Assembly (NCBI GenBank): GCA_963826115.1
Contig: CAWGVS010000012.1
Span: forward strand, 544,001 to 608,000
Direction of reading: 5' to 3'
Source of the DNA: an uncultured Candidatus Rokubacteria bacterium
GTDB taxonomy: Bacteria; Methylomirabilota; Methylomirabilia; Rokubacteriales; DASRDR01
Length of the DNA: 64,000 nucleotides
A program made the position numbers and the translations under genes. Shown one piece after another: positions 43,451 through 53,718 of this stretch (positions within the stretch are counted from its first letter, which is position 1; every line of letters begins with the position of its first letter). The notes under the pieces were generated by a model that saw nothing but the letters and a program-made list of their open reading frames with translations, did not search any database and was not told the origin of the DNA.

Positions 43451-44238
43451 ATGCGTCGAGGGTGGATCGGAAATGCGTTCGCCGACGGCGTCGAGCTCTC
43501 GCGGTTGCGCGCGCTGGAGGGAGTCTGGGACGAGAACACGTGCGCGGTTCTAGGTGAGCGAGTGATGGTGCAGCGCGGCTGGCGCTGCCTCGAATTGGGC
43601 GCCGGAGCCGGGTCGATCGCGCGCTGGCTGGCCGACCGGGTCGGGCCCTCGGGGTCGGTGGTTGCCGCCGATCTGAACTGCAGGTTCCTGGTCGACATGC
43701 CCAGCAACGTCGAGGTTCGCGCTCTGGACGCCGCCGACGCGGAGTTCGGCCGCGAAGCCTACGACCTTGTCCACCATCGCTCGGTGCTCTCGTACGTCTC
43801 GAGCCGAGAGCAGGTGCTTGGCCGCCTGGTGGAGAGCCTGCGGCCGGGCGGGTGGCTGGTGAGCGAGGAGCCGGACTTCCAGTACCGAGTCGTCGCGGGT
43901 GATTCGCACGATCGTCTTCTGGCGCGGTTCTTCGAGGCGCTACGTCAGATTCTTGCCGCAGCGGGCACCGACTTCTCTTTTGCGCCTCGCCTCGCGATTC
44001 TGCTCCGGGGTCTCGGTCTGCACGACGTGGATCAGCTCGCCCGGAGCCACGCGGTACAGGGCGGCAGCCCGATGTCCGAAGTGATCTGGCGAGCGGTGGA
44101 ACCGCTCCGGTCGCAGCTGCTGCACGTCGCGGGCTTCACGGACGATGAGGTTGACCGCAGCACGCGCTGCTTCGGAGCCGCGCCGCGTCGTGGATCGATC
44201 CGTCGGTCATATCCGCGTTCGGTCGGCGGCCGGCTTGA
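43451..44238 (+). CDS. Class I SAM methyltransferase, probable frameshift near the 3' end
   Basis: CLELGAGAGS and LRPGGWLVSEE; a natural-looking end (SWIDPSVISAFGRRPA*) lies in another frame. Confidence 0.75.
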
Positions 44239-44493
44239 GGCCACCGCCGAGTCGATCCGCGGGATGACGGCATCCATTGACGACTTCTGTGCGGACATCC
44301 CCAGGCGGATCCGAGGGTGGAGCATGTCCGCGGCGTCGGCGGCTCGCCCATTCACCGGGGCAGCCGGAGACAGCAGCGCCATGGCTGTCCACTGCCCCAC
44401 CCGCGGGTCGTCACGCACCCGGAGTCGATGTTGAGGGCGCGCTCGACGATCTCTCGGGTCCGGTCGGCAAAAATGGATTAGAGTGTCCGGAGC

Positions 44494-45705
44494 ATGGCAT
44501 CGCCCCCGTCGCCGTTCGCGGGAACTCCGCATCCGGGGCAGCCGGACTTCTCCCTGGTCCTGGGCGGGCCTCTCTTCCAGCTTCTGCGTCGGGCGCACAT
44601 GACCGACGATGCGCTGGCGCTGATGCGCCGGCGCGTGGTCGTCATCTCGCTGTTCGCGTGGGTGCCCCTGCTGGTGCTCTCGGCTCTCGATGGGCGGGCG
44701 TGGGGCGGAGGCGTGGCCGTGCCCTTCCTGCGGGACTGGGACACTCACGCGCGCTTTCTGGTGGCGCTGCCGCTGCTCGTCGTGGCGGAGCTGGTGGTGC
44801 ACCAGCGGATGCGTCTCGTGGTGAAGCAGTTTCTGGAGCGCAACCTGATTCCCCCGAGCGCCCTGGGCCGGTTCGACGCCGCCATCCAATCGGCGTTTCG
44901 CCTGCGCAACTCGGTGCTGGCCGAAGTGCTGCTGATCGCCTTCGTGGGCCTCGTCGGGGTCTCGCTCTTCTGGCGGCAGTACGTCGTGCTCACCACGGCC
45001 ACGTGGTACGCGACCCCGACGGCCGCCGGCATGACCCTCTCGCGCACCGGGGTGTGGTATGCGTACGTGAGCCTGGCGCTCTTCCAGTTCCTGCTCATGC
45101 GCTGGTACTTCCGGATCGTCATCTGGGCGCGCTTCCTCTGGCACGTGTCACGCATCGAGCTGAGCCTGATTCCCACGCATCCGGACCGGGTGGGCGGTCT
45201 CGGATTCCTTGCGAACACGGTCTACGCCTTCGTCCCCCTGGCGGTGGCCCACGGCGCATTGCTGGCCGGGGTGATCGCCAACCGCATCTTCTACCTCGAC
45301 GCCCGGCTGCTCGACTTCAAGGTCGAGGTCGCGGTCGTCCTGGCGTTCATGCTGTGCCTGGTATTCGGTCCACTCGTGGTGTTCGCGGTTCAGCTCGCTC
45401 AGGCGAAGCGCACGGGAAGCCGCGAGTACGGCACGCTCGCGGAGCGGTATGTCCGCGAGTTCGATGCCAAGTGGCTGCGCGGCGGAGCCCCCGCCGACGA
45501 GCCCCTGGTGGGGAGCGCCGACATCCAGTCCCTCGCCGATCTGGCGAATAGCGTCGAGGTCGTGCGGACGATGCGCGTGATGCCCGTGACGAAGGAGGCG
45601 GTCCTCTATCTCGCCGCCGCGACGCTCGCGCCGGTCGTGCCGCTCGCGCTCACGATGATGTCGCTGGAGGAGCTGCTGAAGACGCTGCTCGGCACCCTGT
45701 TCTAG
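44494..45705 (+). CDS. Multi-pass membrane protein of unknown function
   Basis: FSLVLGGPLF, HPDRVGGLGFL and DIQSLADL; several TM segments. Confidence 0.8.
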   Translation: MASPPSPFAGTPHPGQPDFSLVLGGPLFQLLRRAHMTDDALALMRRRVVVISLFAWVPLLVLSALDGRAWGGGVAVPFLRDWDTHARFLVALPLLVVAELVVHQRMRLVVKQFLERNLIPPSALGRFDAAIQSAFRLRNSVLAEVLLIAFVGLVGVSLFWRQYVVLTTATWYATPTAAGMTLSRTGVWYAYVSLALFQFLLMRWYFRIVIWARFLWHVSRIELSLIPTHPDRVGGLGFLANTVYAFVPLAVAHGALLAGVIANRIFYLDARLLDFKVEVAVVLAFMLCLVFGPLVVFAVQLAQAKRTGSREYGTLAERYVREFDAKWLRGGAPADEPLVGSADIQSLADLANSVEVVRTMRVMPVTKEAVLYLAAATLAPVVPLALTMMSLEELLKTLLGTLF

Positions 45706-45924
45706 GGGCCGCTCGGTGCATCGAGGGCCACGCCGGACACGCGCTCGAGGACCGGTAAGGGAACCCCGGCGGGCCGGAGACCGGTCCAGGCGCCGGATCG
45801 GACCATCGGTCGCTCTCAGCCCTTAGCGCTTCGCTCGAACCAGGCCGGCCGGTACCATGCCGGCGCGGTTGTTTCGTGCACCGGGACGAACAGCGGAACC
45901 GAGCAAGCAATCTACCGACTGATG

Positions 45925-45974
45925 TGTTCGCCTGCGTGTGGTGAAGTTCGGCGGAGTTTGGCACCGGTGCGTCA
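45925..45974. repeat. Copy of the att arm at 54176-54225
   Basis: 41/50 nt identical, including GAGTTTGGCAC. Confidence 0.75.
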
Positions 45975-45976
45975 AG

Positions 45977-46135
45977 CCGTAGCGGCCGTCGCCGAGCCGC
46001 ACCGGGCCCTCCGACCACCGGCAACCGTGTAGAGTCGCTCGACGGCGGCCAGCGCCAGCCGATACTTGCCGACGGCCGGGATCCGGCACGCGCACGGCCG
46101 GGTCGGGATATCACTCGCTCGGCTGCCACGCTGGT
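45977..46135 (-). pseudogene. Degenerate 5' fragment of an SMP-30/gluconolactonase gene
   Basis: WQPSE*YPDPAVRV..GCRWSEGPVRLGDGRY vs the intact gene at 16310-17254. Confidence 0.8.
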
Positions 46136-46145
46136 CCGGACTCCT

Positions 46146-47906
46146 TCATCGGCCGCCGCCGCCGCCCCCGCCTCCCCCTCCGCCCGACGACCCGCCACCA
46201 CCTCTCCCACTCGACGAGCCGGGCGGGCTCGAGGACGACGCGATCTGCGAGCTCAGGCTGCCGCCGACGGCTCGAGTCAGATTGCCGAGATTCGAGGCCC
46301 CGTTGCCCCGGTACCAGGCGATGCCGGCGGTGGCGGCCGCGACGGCGGCCGCCCCGGCGGCGGCCGTGAACTTCGTCGTCCAGGCGTCCTCGACCTCGAG
46401 CGCCACCGCGTACGGGAGCAGCGTTTCGTAGCGCTTGGCGTCCAGCGCCGGCGGAGCGCCCGGCCCGGGCAGCCGCTCGAGCTCGTCCCGCTCGGCCACG
46501 CTCAAATAGAGCTTCAGCCCCTCGACCTGGTCGAGCAGCGCCCGGCCCTCCGTCGTCGGCGCGCGCACGAGGCGGCTGAACTGGCTGATCGTCGCCACCA
46601 TCGCGACGAGCACCGCCACGATCGCCACGATGCCCGCCCCGTCCGAGAGAAAGAACGCGAGGACCGCGGTCCCCACCGCGATCAGGAGCGCAACCGTCAC
46701 GCTCCCGGCGTTGCGCCGAAAGTAGCGCGGCTGGAGCGCCTTCTCGAGTGCGCCGGTGTGCGCCCGCTGCGCGCCGGAAATCGTGGCGGCGTTGGCCTTC
46801 TTGAGCTCGATGCGCGTCGCGCCGCCAGGGAACAGGCTGTCGAGGAGCTTCCGCTGGCCGGGGTCCGTCGGCGGGTTCGACTTGGCGCCGGTCCGCTCCA
46901 GCCCCCAGCCATCGCTGAGCCAACCATCCTCGTGGTGGATGCGGAGGTGCCCCGCCACCGCCATCGCCAGCACGTCGGCCGAGAAGCAGCGCGTGTCGTA
47001 TCCCATCCGGCGCACGAAGCGCAGCCCCGCCGGCGCGTATCCGTCGGGCGGCTCGTACCGCGGGATGATCACGCCCTGCCGGGGATCTCGGCCGACGAGG
47101 CGCCAGCGCCACACGCAGAAGGCCAGGAGCCCCACGAGGCCCGCCAGCGCGACGAGCACGCCGCGGTTGTCGGCCAGCAGCCACCAGAGACGCTGGCCCC
47201 GGCCGGGTTCCGGAACGAGTCCCTTCGGAAAGCTGAGGACGATCGTGAGCCCTGCGTTGGGTGCCAGTGGCGCGGTCAAGCGCCAGCGCGCCAGCCCGGC
47301 CTCGGGCACGTCGGCCGCGTACGCCCGTTCCTGCGCGCCCTGCGGTCCGGTGTAGCCCTCGGCGCGCAGCTCCCCGACCGGCACCGGAGTGGGAAGGCGC
47401 ACGGTGACGCTGCCCTGGTCGATCGGGAAGATCCAGTCGGTGCCGATCGCGTTCCAGTAGAGCTCGTCGTGATCCGAGAAGAAGCCGAGCTGGCGCGTCG
47501 TGCGATAGCGCAGCGTGAACGCGTACTCGGCGGGCACGCGCAGGAAGTCGTCGTTGCCGGTGTTGATCCGGATGCCGTTGGCCACGGACTCGGTGAAGTG
47601 CGGCTCCGGCTGGCCATTGCGCCGCACGTCCAGCAGCTCGAACCCGACGACGACCTGGTTGCCGTATCGATCCCGGTAGCGGGTCGGGAAGTCGCGATAG
47701 ATGCCGCGGCGGATCCGGCTCCCCTCGGCCCGCACGGTGATCCGCTCGGTCACGTCCAGGCTGCCGTCGGCCTTGACCTCGACGGCGATGTCGTAGGCGC
47801 GGATGCGCTCCTGGGCCGACGCCGGGAGCGCCGCCAGCACGCTCGCCCACCCCAGCAGGAGACCGCCGACGAGGCCCCGGGGGATCGCGCGCGCTCGGTA
47901 TCTCAT
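46146..47906 (-). CDS. DUF2207 family membrane protein
   Basis: DELYWNAIG, LLPYAVAL and Gly/Ser-rich C-terminus; downstream of lemA. Confidence 0.88.
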   Translation of the reverse strand: MRYRARAIPRGLVGGLLLGWASVLAALPASAQERIRAYDIAVEVKADGSLDVTERITVRAEGSRIRRGIYRDFPTRYRDRYGNQVVVGFELLDVRRNGQPEPHFTESVANGIRINTGNDDFLRVPAEYAFTLRYRTTRQLGFFSDHDELYWNAIGTDWIFPIDQGSVTVRLPTPVPVGELRAEGYTGPQGAQERAYAADVPEAGLARWRLTAPLAPNAGLTIVLSFPKGLVPEPGRGQRLWWLLADNRGVLVALAGLVGLLAFCVWRWRLVGRDPRQGVIIPRYEPPDGYAPAGLRFVRRMGYDTRCFSADVLAMAVAGHLRIHHEDGWLSDGWGLERTGAKSNPPTDPGQRKLLDSLFPGGATRIELKKANAATISGAQRAHTGALEKALQPRYFRRNAGSVTVALLIAVGTAVLAFFLSDGAGIVAIVAVLVAMVATISQFSRLVRAPTTEGRALLDQVEGLKLYLSVAERDELERLPGPGAPPALDAKRYETLLPYAVALEVEDAWTTKFTAAAGAAAVAAATAGIAWYRGNGASNLGNLTRAVGGSLSSQIASSSSPPGSSSGRGGGGSSGGGGGGGGGGGR

Positions 47907-48454
47907 CGAGAGAACCCCACCGGCACGACCTGACGCTCCTCTTCGCTGGCCTGGAAGAGCTCGGCCGGGCCGAATCCGAACGTGCGGGCCACCAGGAGAT
48001 CCGGAATGCGCTGGATGCCGTTGTGATAGTCGCGCACCGACCCGTTGTAGAACCGGCGGGCGTACTGCAGGTGGTCCTCGATCTCGACGAGATCGCGCTG
48101 GAGCTGGAGGAACGTCTCGTTCGCCTTGAGGTTGGGATACGCCTCCTGCAGCACGATGATCCCGGCCAGCGCCTGCTGCAGGGCCGACTCCACCTCGCCC
48201 AGCCGGGACGGGCTCCGGAGGGCCGCCGCCTGCGTCCGCAGCTCGGTGACCCGCTCGAGCGCGCCGCGCTCGTGGGCCGCGTACCCGGTGACGGTGGCCA
48301 CGAGATCGGGCACCAGGTCGTGGCGGCGCTTGAGCTGCACGTCGATGTCGGCCCAGGCCGACCGCACCTGGTTGCGCAGCCGCACGAGTCGGTTGAACAC
48401 GAACACGGCCCAGGCCAGGATCGCCAGACCGACCAGGAGCCAGACGACGGTCAC
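47903..48454 (-). CDS. lemA: LemA family protein
   Basis: AWADIDVQLKRRHDLVP, EAYPNLKANE and ARRFYN. Confidence 0.92.
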   Translation of the reverse strand: MTVVWLLVGLAILAWAVFVFNRLVRLRNQVRSAWADIDVQLKRRHDLVPDLVATVTGYAAHERGALERVTELRTQAAALRSPSRLGEVESALQQALAGIIVLQEAYPNLKANETFLQLQRDLVEIEDHLQYARRFYNGSVRDYHNGIQRIPDLLVARTFGFGPAELFQASEEERQVVPVGFSR

Positions 48455-48518
48455 CGGCCCACCGTGGCGCCGGACGGAGAACGGGCCCATGCGTCCATGC
48501 TTCGCTTCCCGCCGTAAT

Positions 48519-48745
48519 CTATTGACGGCGCGACCGGAATGCAAACGCCGATCGGCGCGGGCGAGGGTCGTCGCGGGTCACCGCGTACAGGACGGCGTGG
48601 AGGCCGAAGACATCCACGTCGCGCTCGTAGCGCAGGCCGAGCTTCTCCAGCACGTGGCGCGACCGCGCGTGCTCAGGGCGGGTCCCGCCGACGACCCGGG
48701 ACAGCCCCACCTCGTCGAAGCCGTAGTCGCCGTCGGCCACGGCCG
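48519..48745 (-). pseudogene. C-terminal fragment of a RimJ/RimL-type GNAT acetyltransferase
   Basis: YGFDEVGLSRVV..SRHVLEKLGLRYE; N-terminal part missing. Confidence 0.65.
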
Positions 48746-48876
48746 TGAGCGCGGAGAGGCGCGCGACGGTCGAGCCGTCACCGGCAGCAGCGGCGGCGCC
48801 GGTCGCGCCGGCCCCATTGCGGCGTGAAGCGCTTCCTGGGGGCGGCGGTAGCGGCAGGGAAAGGGACCGCGCCGGG

Positions 48877-49707
48877 TTACTTCAGGACCACGGCGGTGAT
48901 CTCGTCGTCGACGCGCCAAGTCCCGCCCTGGTTGACGAGGATGGCCTCGCCGGTGAGCTTCAGCACGCTCGATTCGCCGTCGAACAGGATTACCGCGGCC
49001 TTCCCGTTGCTCCAGCCCTTGGTGATCCTCACCGATTGCGTGGGGTGCTCCTTCGCCAGGTAGTCCATGTACGCCGCGCCCCTCCCTCCTTTGATGGCCC
49101 TGGCCTGGATCTCGCGGACGTCGTCCGACAGCACGGTCCGCAACGCCTTGGCGTCGCGTTTCACGAGCGCGGCGTGATAGTCGAGGTAGGCTTGGCCGGG
49201 CGCACCGCCGGCCGGCGGAAGCGGGGGGCCGTGGTCGTCGGACAGCACCGCCACGTCGAGGGCAATGTCGAAGGCGCGATTCGTGTCGGTACCCGTGAGC
49301 TTGCCCGCGAGGCGGCCCTTCGCGAGCTTGACCGTCGTGGCGATCCCCATGTTGCCGCCGCAATAGCCACAGCCGTTGCCCGAGGCAAAGTGGAAGGAGT
49401 AGCCCTGGTAGTCGCCGTCGGGGTGGAACTCGAAGTAGACCACGCCCGTGTCGTTGTCCTCGACGCGCCGCGCGATCGCCCGGCGGCGATCGTAGTAGGC
49501 GTGGAGGGCGTCCCGGTCTATCTCCGCGAGGGTGACGGCGACGACGATCACGTCGCTCTTGTCCAGTATCGACTTGCCGCGGAAGGCGAGCGCGCTCTTG
49601 ATCTCCATCCCCAGACCCCGACTCTTGAACGACCCCGAGACCGTGTCCGCGGCCGCCGCGGATCCCACCCACGCCGCCAGCGTCGCCGCAAGCAGAAGCG
49701 TCTTCAT
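48877..49707 (-). CDS. Secreted hypothetical protein with GCGYCGG motif
   Basis: Signal peptide MKTLLLAATLAAW; strong coding bias. Confidence 0.75.
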   Translation of the reverse strand: MKTLLLAATLAAWVGSAAAADTVSGSFKSRGLGMEIKSALAFRGKSILDKSDVIVVAVTLAEIDRDALHAYYDRRRAIARRVEDNDTGVVYFEFHPDGDYQGYSFHFASGNGCGYCGGNMGIATTVKLAKGRLAGKLTGTDTNRAFDIALDVAVLSDDHGPPLPPAGGAPGQAYLDYHAALVKRDAKALRTVLSDDVREIQARAIKGGRGAAYMDYLAKEHPTQSVRITKGWSNGKAAVILFDGESSVLKLTGEAILVNQGGTWRVDDEITAVVLK

Positions 49708-49798
49708 TGTGGCCCCCCCCTTTGGATGACCAGACATCCTACTGCGACAGCATCAGCGCGGCTACGACGGCGAGAAGCGGCACGCGCGGCTTGCCGGG

Positions 49799-49832
49799 AA
49801 GAACGAATCGGGGGGCGTCGCCGCCCCCGATC
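49799..49832 (-). terminator. Intrinsic terminator downstream of tRNA half 2
   Basis: ATCGGGGGCG-GCGA-CGCCCCCCGAT followed by TCGTTCTT. Confidence 0.7.
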
Positions 49833-49850
49833 GAGGCCCCCGCCGCGAAG

Positions 49851-50021
49851 TAGTGCGCCGGGAAGGAATCGAACCTTCAACCTACTGATTAAGAGTCCAC
49901 GCTGGAGGCCACGCACCGCACGCCATCGGCAGCTATCTGCACGTCAGATCAAGGAAGCGCCCTGAGACGACCTGTTCCCGCCTCACGGTGCCCTCGCGTG
50001 AGTTGGAACCAGCCTGGAACC
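49851..50021 (-). mobile_element. att-like site 2: tRNA-Lys(CTT) 3' half (49851-49897) plus arm repeats
   Basis: 3 mismatches vs the 54056 copy; TGGAACC at 50004 and 50015. Confidence 0.8.
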
Positions 50022-50162
50022 AGGACCGCCCCGCGATGGGGGCGCGCGCAGCGGCCACTGCCTGGCGGTGTCCATTGACGGCAGGGAGGGCGGCTGGTGA
50101 TAGTCTCACATGCTCGAAGACCGTGGCGTCACGCCACGAAGTCCCCCCCCAGAGGCCGGTTG

Positions 50163-51716
50163 ATGCTCGACATCGCCGATGCCCGGGCTGGCGCACGCCT
50201 GCTCCGGCGACTCCCCCCGTTTCTGAAGAGGCCCATCACGGCGGAGGAGGCGCGAGCGACGCTGCGCGATCGCCTCGAACACCGTGACGCGGATTTCCTC
50301 ACGCTCGCGCGCCGGTTGATCTTCGGCCACACGGTCAGTCCCTACCGCGCCCTTCTCCGCATGGCCGGCTGCGAGTACGGAGACCTCGAGCGACTCGTCA
50401 AGATCGGCGGTCCGGAAAGCGCGCTCGCCACCCTCGCCGGCCAAGGGGTCTACCTGACCGTGGACGAGTTCAAGGGGCGGCGACCTGTGGTCCGCGGGAG
50501 CACGCACCTCCTTCCCGACCCTCGCGCATTCACGAATCCCCTGTGCGCGCCCGACGTGCCAGGCCGCAGCAGCGGGAGCCGCGGCGCCGCCACACCCGTC
50601 CTCGTCGCGCTCGACTACATTCGCGACTGCGGCGTCGATACCCGTCTCACACTTGATGCCCGCGGTGGCGGAGACTGGCTGAAGGCGTACTGGGGCGTGC
50701 CGGGCGCGTCGGCGACAGTCGTGGTCCTTCGCCTGAGCGCCTTCGGAGCCCCTGTCGTGCGCTGGTTCTCACAGATCGATCCCTGGGCACGCGGGCTCGA
50801 CGCCCGCTACGGATGGAGCGTGACGGGCCTCCGGTGGGGCAGCATCCTCGCCGGCCGTCCTATTGCCGCTCCCGAGTTCGTCAGCGTGGACGACCCGCGC
50901 CCCATCGTCCGATGGATGGCCGACGTACGGAGATCGGGGCGGACTCCATTCCTCCAGACGTTTCCAACCTCGGCGGTGCGACTCTGTCAGGCCGCGCTCG
51001 CCGCCGGCGCCGACATTACGGGCGCGAAGATGATCATGGGGGGGGAGCCGACCACCCGCGCGCGGCTCGCGACCATTCGGCAGGCCGGCGTGGACGCCGT
51101 CCCGCGGTACTCCAGCATCGAGTGCGGGCCGATCGGGCACGGATGCCTCAACCCCGAGGCGCCCGATGACATCCATCTCCTCCATGATCTCCACGCGGTC
51201 GTGCAGCATACCGGCACCGATCTCCTCGTCTCGTCCCTGCGGATGACGGCACCCCTCGTGCTCTTCAACGTCTCCCTCGGCGACCGCGCCACCCTTCGAC
51301 GGCGTGACTGCGACTGTCCGATGGAACGGCTGGGCTGGGACACGCACCTCCAGGGCATCCACAGCGTGGAGAAGCTGACGGCGGCCGGGATGACCTTCCT
51401 GGATTCCGACTTGGTCCGGGTGCTCGAGGAGGTCCTCCCCGCTCGCTTCGGTGGCGGGCCGGCCGACTATCAACTGGTCGAGGGTGAGGACGCCGGCGGC
51501 CGATCGACACTCCGGTTGCTCGTCCATCCACGGCTCGGCGAGGTGCCCAGCGAAGCCGTGGCCGAGGTCTTTCTCTCGGCCGTCGGTCCGGGCGCGGGGG
51601 TCGAGCGCGTGATGGGGCTCGCCTGGCGCCAAGGCCGCATCCTTCGCGTGGAACGGCGCGCACCCCTCGTCTCGACGACCGGCAAGATCCTGCACCTGCG
51701 TGCCGGAGCACAATGA
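50163..51716 (+). CDS. Phenylacetate-CoA ligase/CapK-like adenylating-fold protein
   Basis: RSSGSRG loop, YSSIECG, NVSLGD and TGKILH. Confidence 0.7.
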   Translation: MLDIADARAGARLLRRLPPFLKRPITAEEARATLRDRLEHRDADFLTLARRLIFGHTVSPYRALLRMAGCEYGDLERLVKIGGPESALATLAGQGVYLTVDEFKGRRPVVRGSTHLLPDPRAFTNPLCAPDVPGRSSGSRGAATPVLVALDYIRDCGVDTRLTLDARGGGDWLKAYWGVPGASATVVVLRLSAFGAPVVRWFSQIDPWARGLDARYGWSVTGLRWGSILAGRPIAAPEFVSVDDPRPIVRWMADVRRSGRTPFLQTFPTSAVRLCQAALAAGADITGAKMIMGGEPTTRARLATIRQAGVDAVPRYSSIECGPIGHGCLNPEAPDDIHLLHDLHAVVQHTGTDLLVSSLRMTAPLVLFNVSLGDRATLRRRDCDCPMERLGWDTHLQGIHSVEKLTAAGMTFLDSDLVRVLEEVLPARFGGGPADYQLVEGEDAGGRSTLRLLVHPRLGEVPSEAVAEVFLSAVGPGAGVERVMGLAWRQGRILRVERRAPLVSTTGKILHLRAGAQ

Positions 51717-51822
51717 CCCTTCTCCTCGCGCCGCCGTTCCGTCCCCCGCCCCTCGGGAGGGCCGCCGGCACCCCGCCAAGGGCTCGGCCCGCCGTCGAGA
51801 TTGGCGAGCCCCTGTGCGTTGA

Positions 51823-53718
51823 TCACGGGGTCACCGTCGCTCGCCGGTGTCTAGCCGGGTGGCGGAACAGAACGTCCCAGAGCTGCACGCCCAGCACCAT
51901 CAGCAGGAGTCGGGCGTGGAGGGTCCTCCCCGCTCGGATGTCCGTGACCAGGCCCTGGACGACCGCGGGCTCGAAGTAGCCGGCCGCCTTGACGCTCGCC
52001 GGCGACAGGAGGTCGTCCGCGAACGCCGGTAGCGGACCGCGGAGCCATGCCTCGATCGGCGCCATCAGCGGACGCTTCCGCCGCCACAGGATGTCGCGCG
52101 GCAGCACGCCTTCCAGGGCGCGCCGCAGGACGTACTTCTCGCGCAGGCCGCGCAGCTTCAGTGAGAGCGGAATCCGGGCGCACAGCTCGACGAGCTCGTG
52201 GTCCAGGAACGGAACCCGCGCTTCGAGACCGTATGCCATGCTCGCGGCGTCGAGCGTGTGGTTGATGTATGCGGGCAGGCGCAGGGTCATGTCGAGCTGC
52301 TGGAGCTGGACGAAAGGGTCTTGCCCGGAAGGCCCCACTGGCTGCTGGCCGCCATCGATTCCATCGGCCCCGAGCTCGTGCCGGATGTCGGCCGAGAAGA
52401 CTGCCTCTCTCCGCTCGCCGCCCAGTGGGCCAACGAGCCGGGCGTAGCGGGCGGGCCCCATCGAGCGCGGCCCGAGCAGGAGCCGGCGGGCGAACGACCG
52501 CCGGGCTGGGCCCAGCGGCGCGAGCAGGACCGCGCGTTGGAGCGGGACCGGCAGCGTCGCGAGCGGCCGGAAGAGGCGGTCGATCAGGAACCAGAGATAG
52601 CCGCCGAGCGCCTCGTCCGCGCCCTCGCCGGTGAGGACCACCTTGACGCGCCGGGCCGCCGCCTCCGACAGGAGCAGCCGGAGGAGACCGAGCAGCCCCC
52701 CCGCGGGTGTCTCCGTGTGCCAGAGCGCCTCGGGGTACCGCTCGAAAGCACGGCGGTCGCAGGGGACGCGCTCGTTGGGGAGCTCGTACCCCGGGATGCG
52801 GTCGAGCGTCCGTTGACCGCGCGTCTCGTCGAACGCGGCATCGTCGAAGGCAAGCGTGAACGTGGGAAGCGGCCCGACGAGCTTCCGGGCGAGGCTCACC
52901 ACGGCGCTCGAATCGACCCCACCGCTCAGCCAGGCGCCGACCGGTACGTCGGCGCGAAGGTGGAGACGCACGGTCTCCTCGAGCTTCTCCCGGAGGCGCT
53001 CGGCCCACACACGGGCGCCAATGTGGTCCTCGCAGACGGCGACGTCGCCGTACCGCCAGTATCGGCGCAAGGTGACGTGTCCCCCCTCGTAGAGCAACCA
53101 CTGGCCCGCCTCCAGGCGGCGGACGGAACGGAGCAGGGTCCGCGGGTCCAGCACGAAACCGAAGGCGAAGAGTTCGTCCAGGGCGCGCACGTCCAGTTCC
53201 CTCGCCACCCCACCGGCGGCGAGGATGGCTTTGATCTCCGAGCCGAAGTAGAGCCCCTCGACCGTCAGGGCATAGTGAAGCGGCTTGATTCCCAGGCGAT
53301 CGCGGACGAGCCACAGGCGTCGGCGTGCGCTGTCCCAGAGCGCGAAGGCGAACATTCCGCGCAAGCGTCTGACGCTCTCGAGCCCGAGCTCCTCGTACAG
53401 ATGGACGAGAACCTCGACGTCCGAGGTCGAACGGAAACGGTGCCCCCTGGCAGTCAACTCAGCACGGAGCTCCGCATGGTTGTAGATCTCGCCGTTGCAG
53501 ACCACGGTCACGGTCCCGTCCTCGTTCCCCATGGGTTGGTCCCCGGTCACGAGGTCGATGACGGCCAGGCGCTGAATGCCCAAGCTCACACCCGGGCCGA
53601 CGTGGAAGCCCTCCCCGTCGGGCCCGCGATGGCGGAGCGTCGCGGCCATGGAGTCGACGAGGACGGCATCGCCCGGGCGTTCTCGATCCGCCCATGCAAC
53701 CCCCGTGATGCCGCACAT
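51823..53718 (-). CDS. asnB: Asparagine synthase (glutamine-hydrolysing) family amidotransferase
   Basis: MCGI start, HRGPDG, NGEIYN, LSGGVDSS, TGEGADE and EARVPFLD. Confidence 0.93.
   Translation of the reverse strand: MCGITGVAWADRERPGDAVLVDSMAATLRHRGPDGEGFHVGPGVSLGIQRLAVIDLVTGDQPMGNEDGTVTVVCNGEIYNHAELRAELTARGHRFRSTSDVEVLVHLYEELGLESVRRLRGMFAFALWDSARRRLWLVRDRLGIKPLHYALTVEGLYFGSEIKAILAAGGVARELDVRALDELFAFGFVLDPRTLLRSVRRLEAGQWLLYEGGHVTLRRYWRYGDVAVCEDHIGARVWAERLREKLEETVRLHLRADVPVGAWLSGGVDSSAVVSLARKLVGPLPTFTLAFDDAAFDETRGQRTLDRIPGYELPNERVPCDRRAFERYPEALWHTETPAGGLLGLLRLLLSEAAARRVKVVLTGEGADEALGGYLWFLIDRLFRPLATLPVPLQRAVLLAPLGPARRSFARRLLLGPRSMGPARYARLVGPLGGERREAVFSADIRHELGADGIDGGQQPVGPSGQDPFVQLQQLDMTLRLPAYINHTLDAASMAYGLEARVPFLDHELVELCARIPLSLKLRGLREKYVLRRALEGVLPRDILWRRKRPLMAPIEAWLRGPLPAFADDLLSPASVKAAGYFEPAVVQGLVTDIRAGRTLHARLLLMVLGVQLWDVLFRHPARHRRATVTP

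Noticed and set aside
46146-46240. Low-complexity GC repeat
   Set aside because: Encodes the normal Gly/Ser tail of DUF2207 proteins
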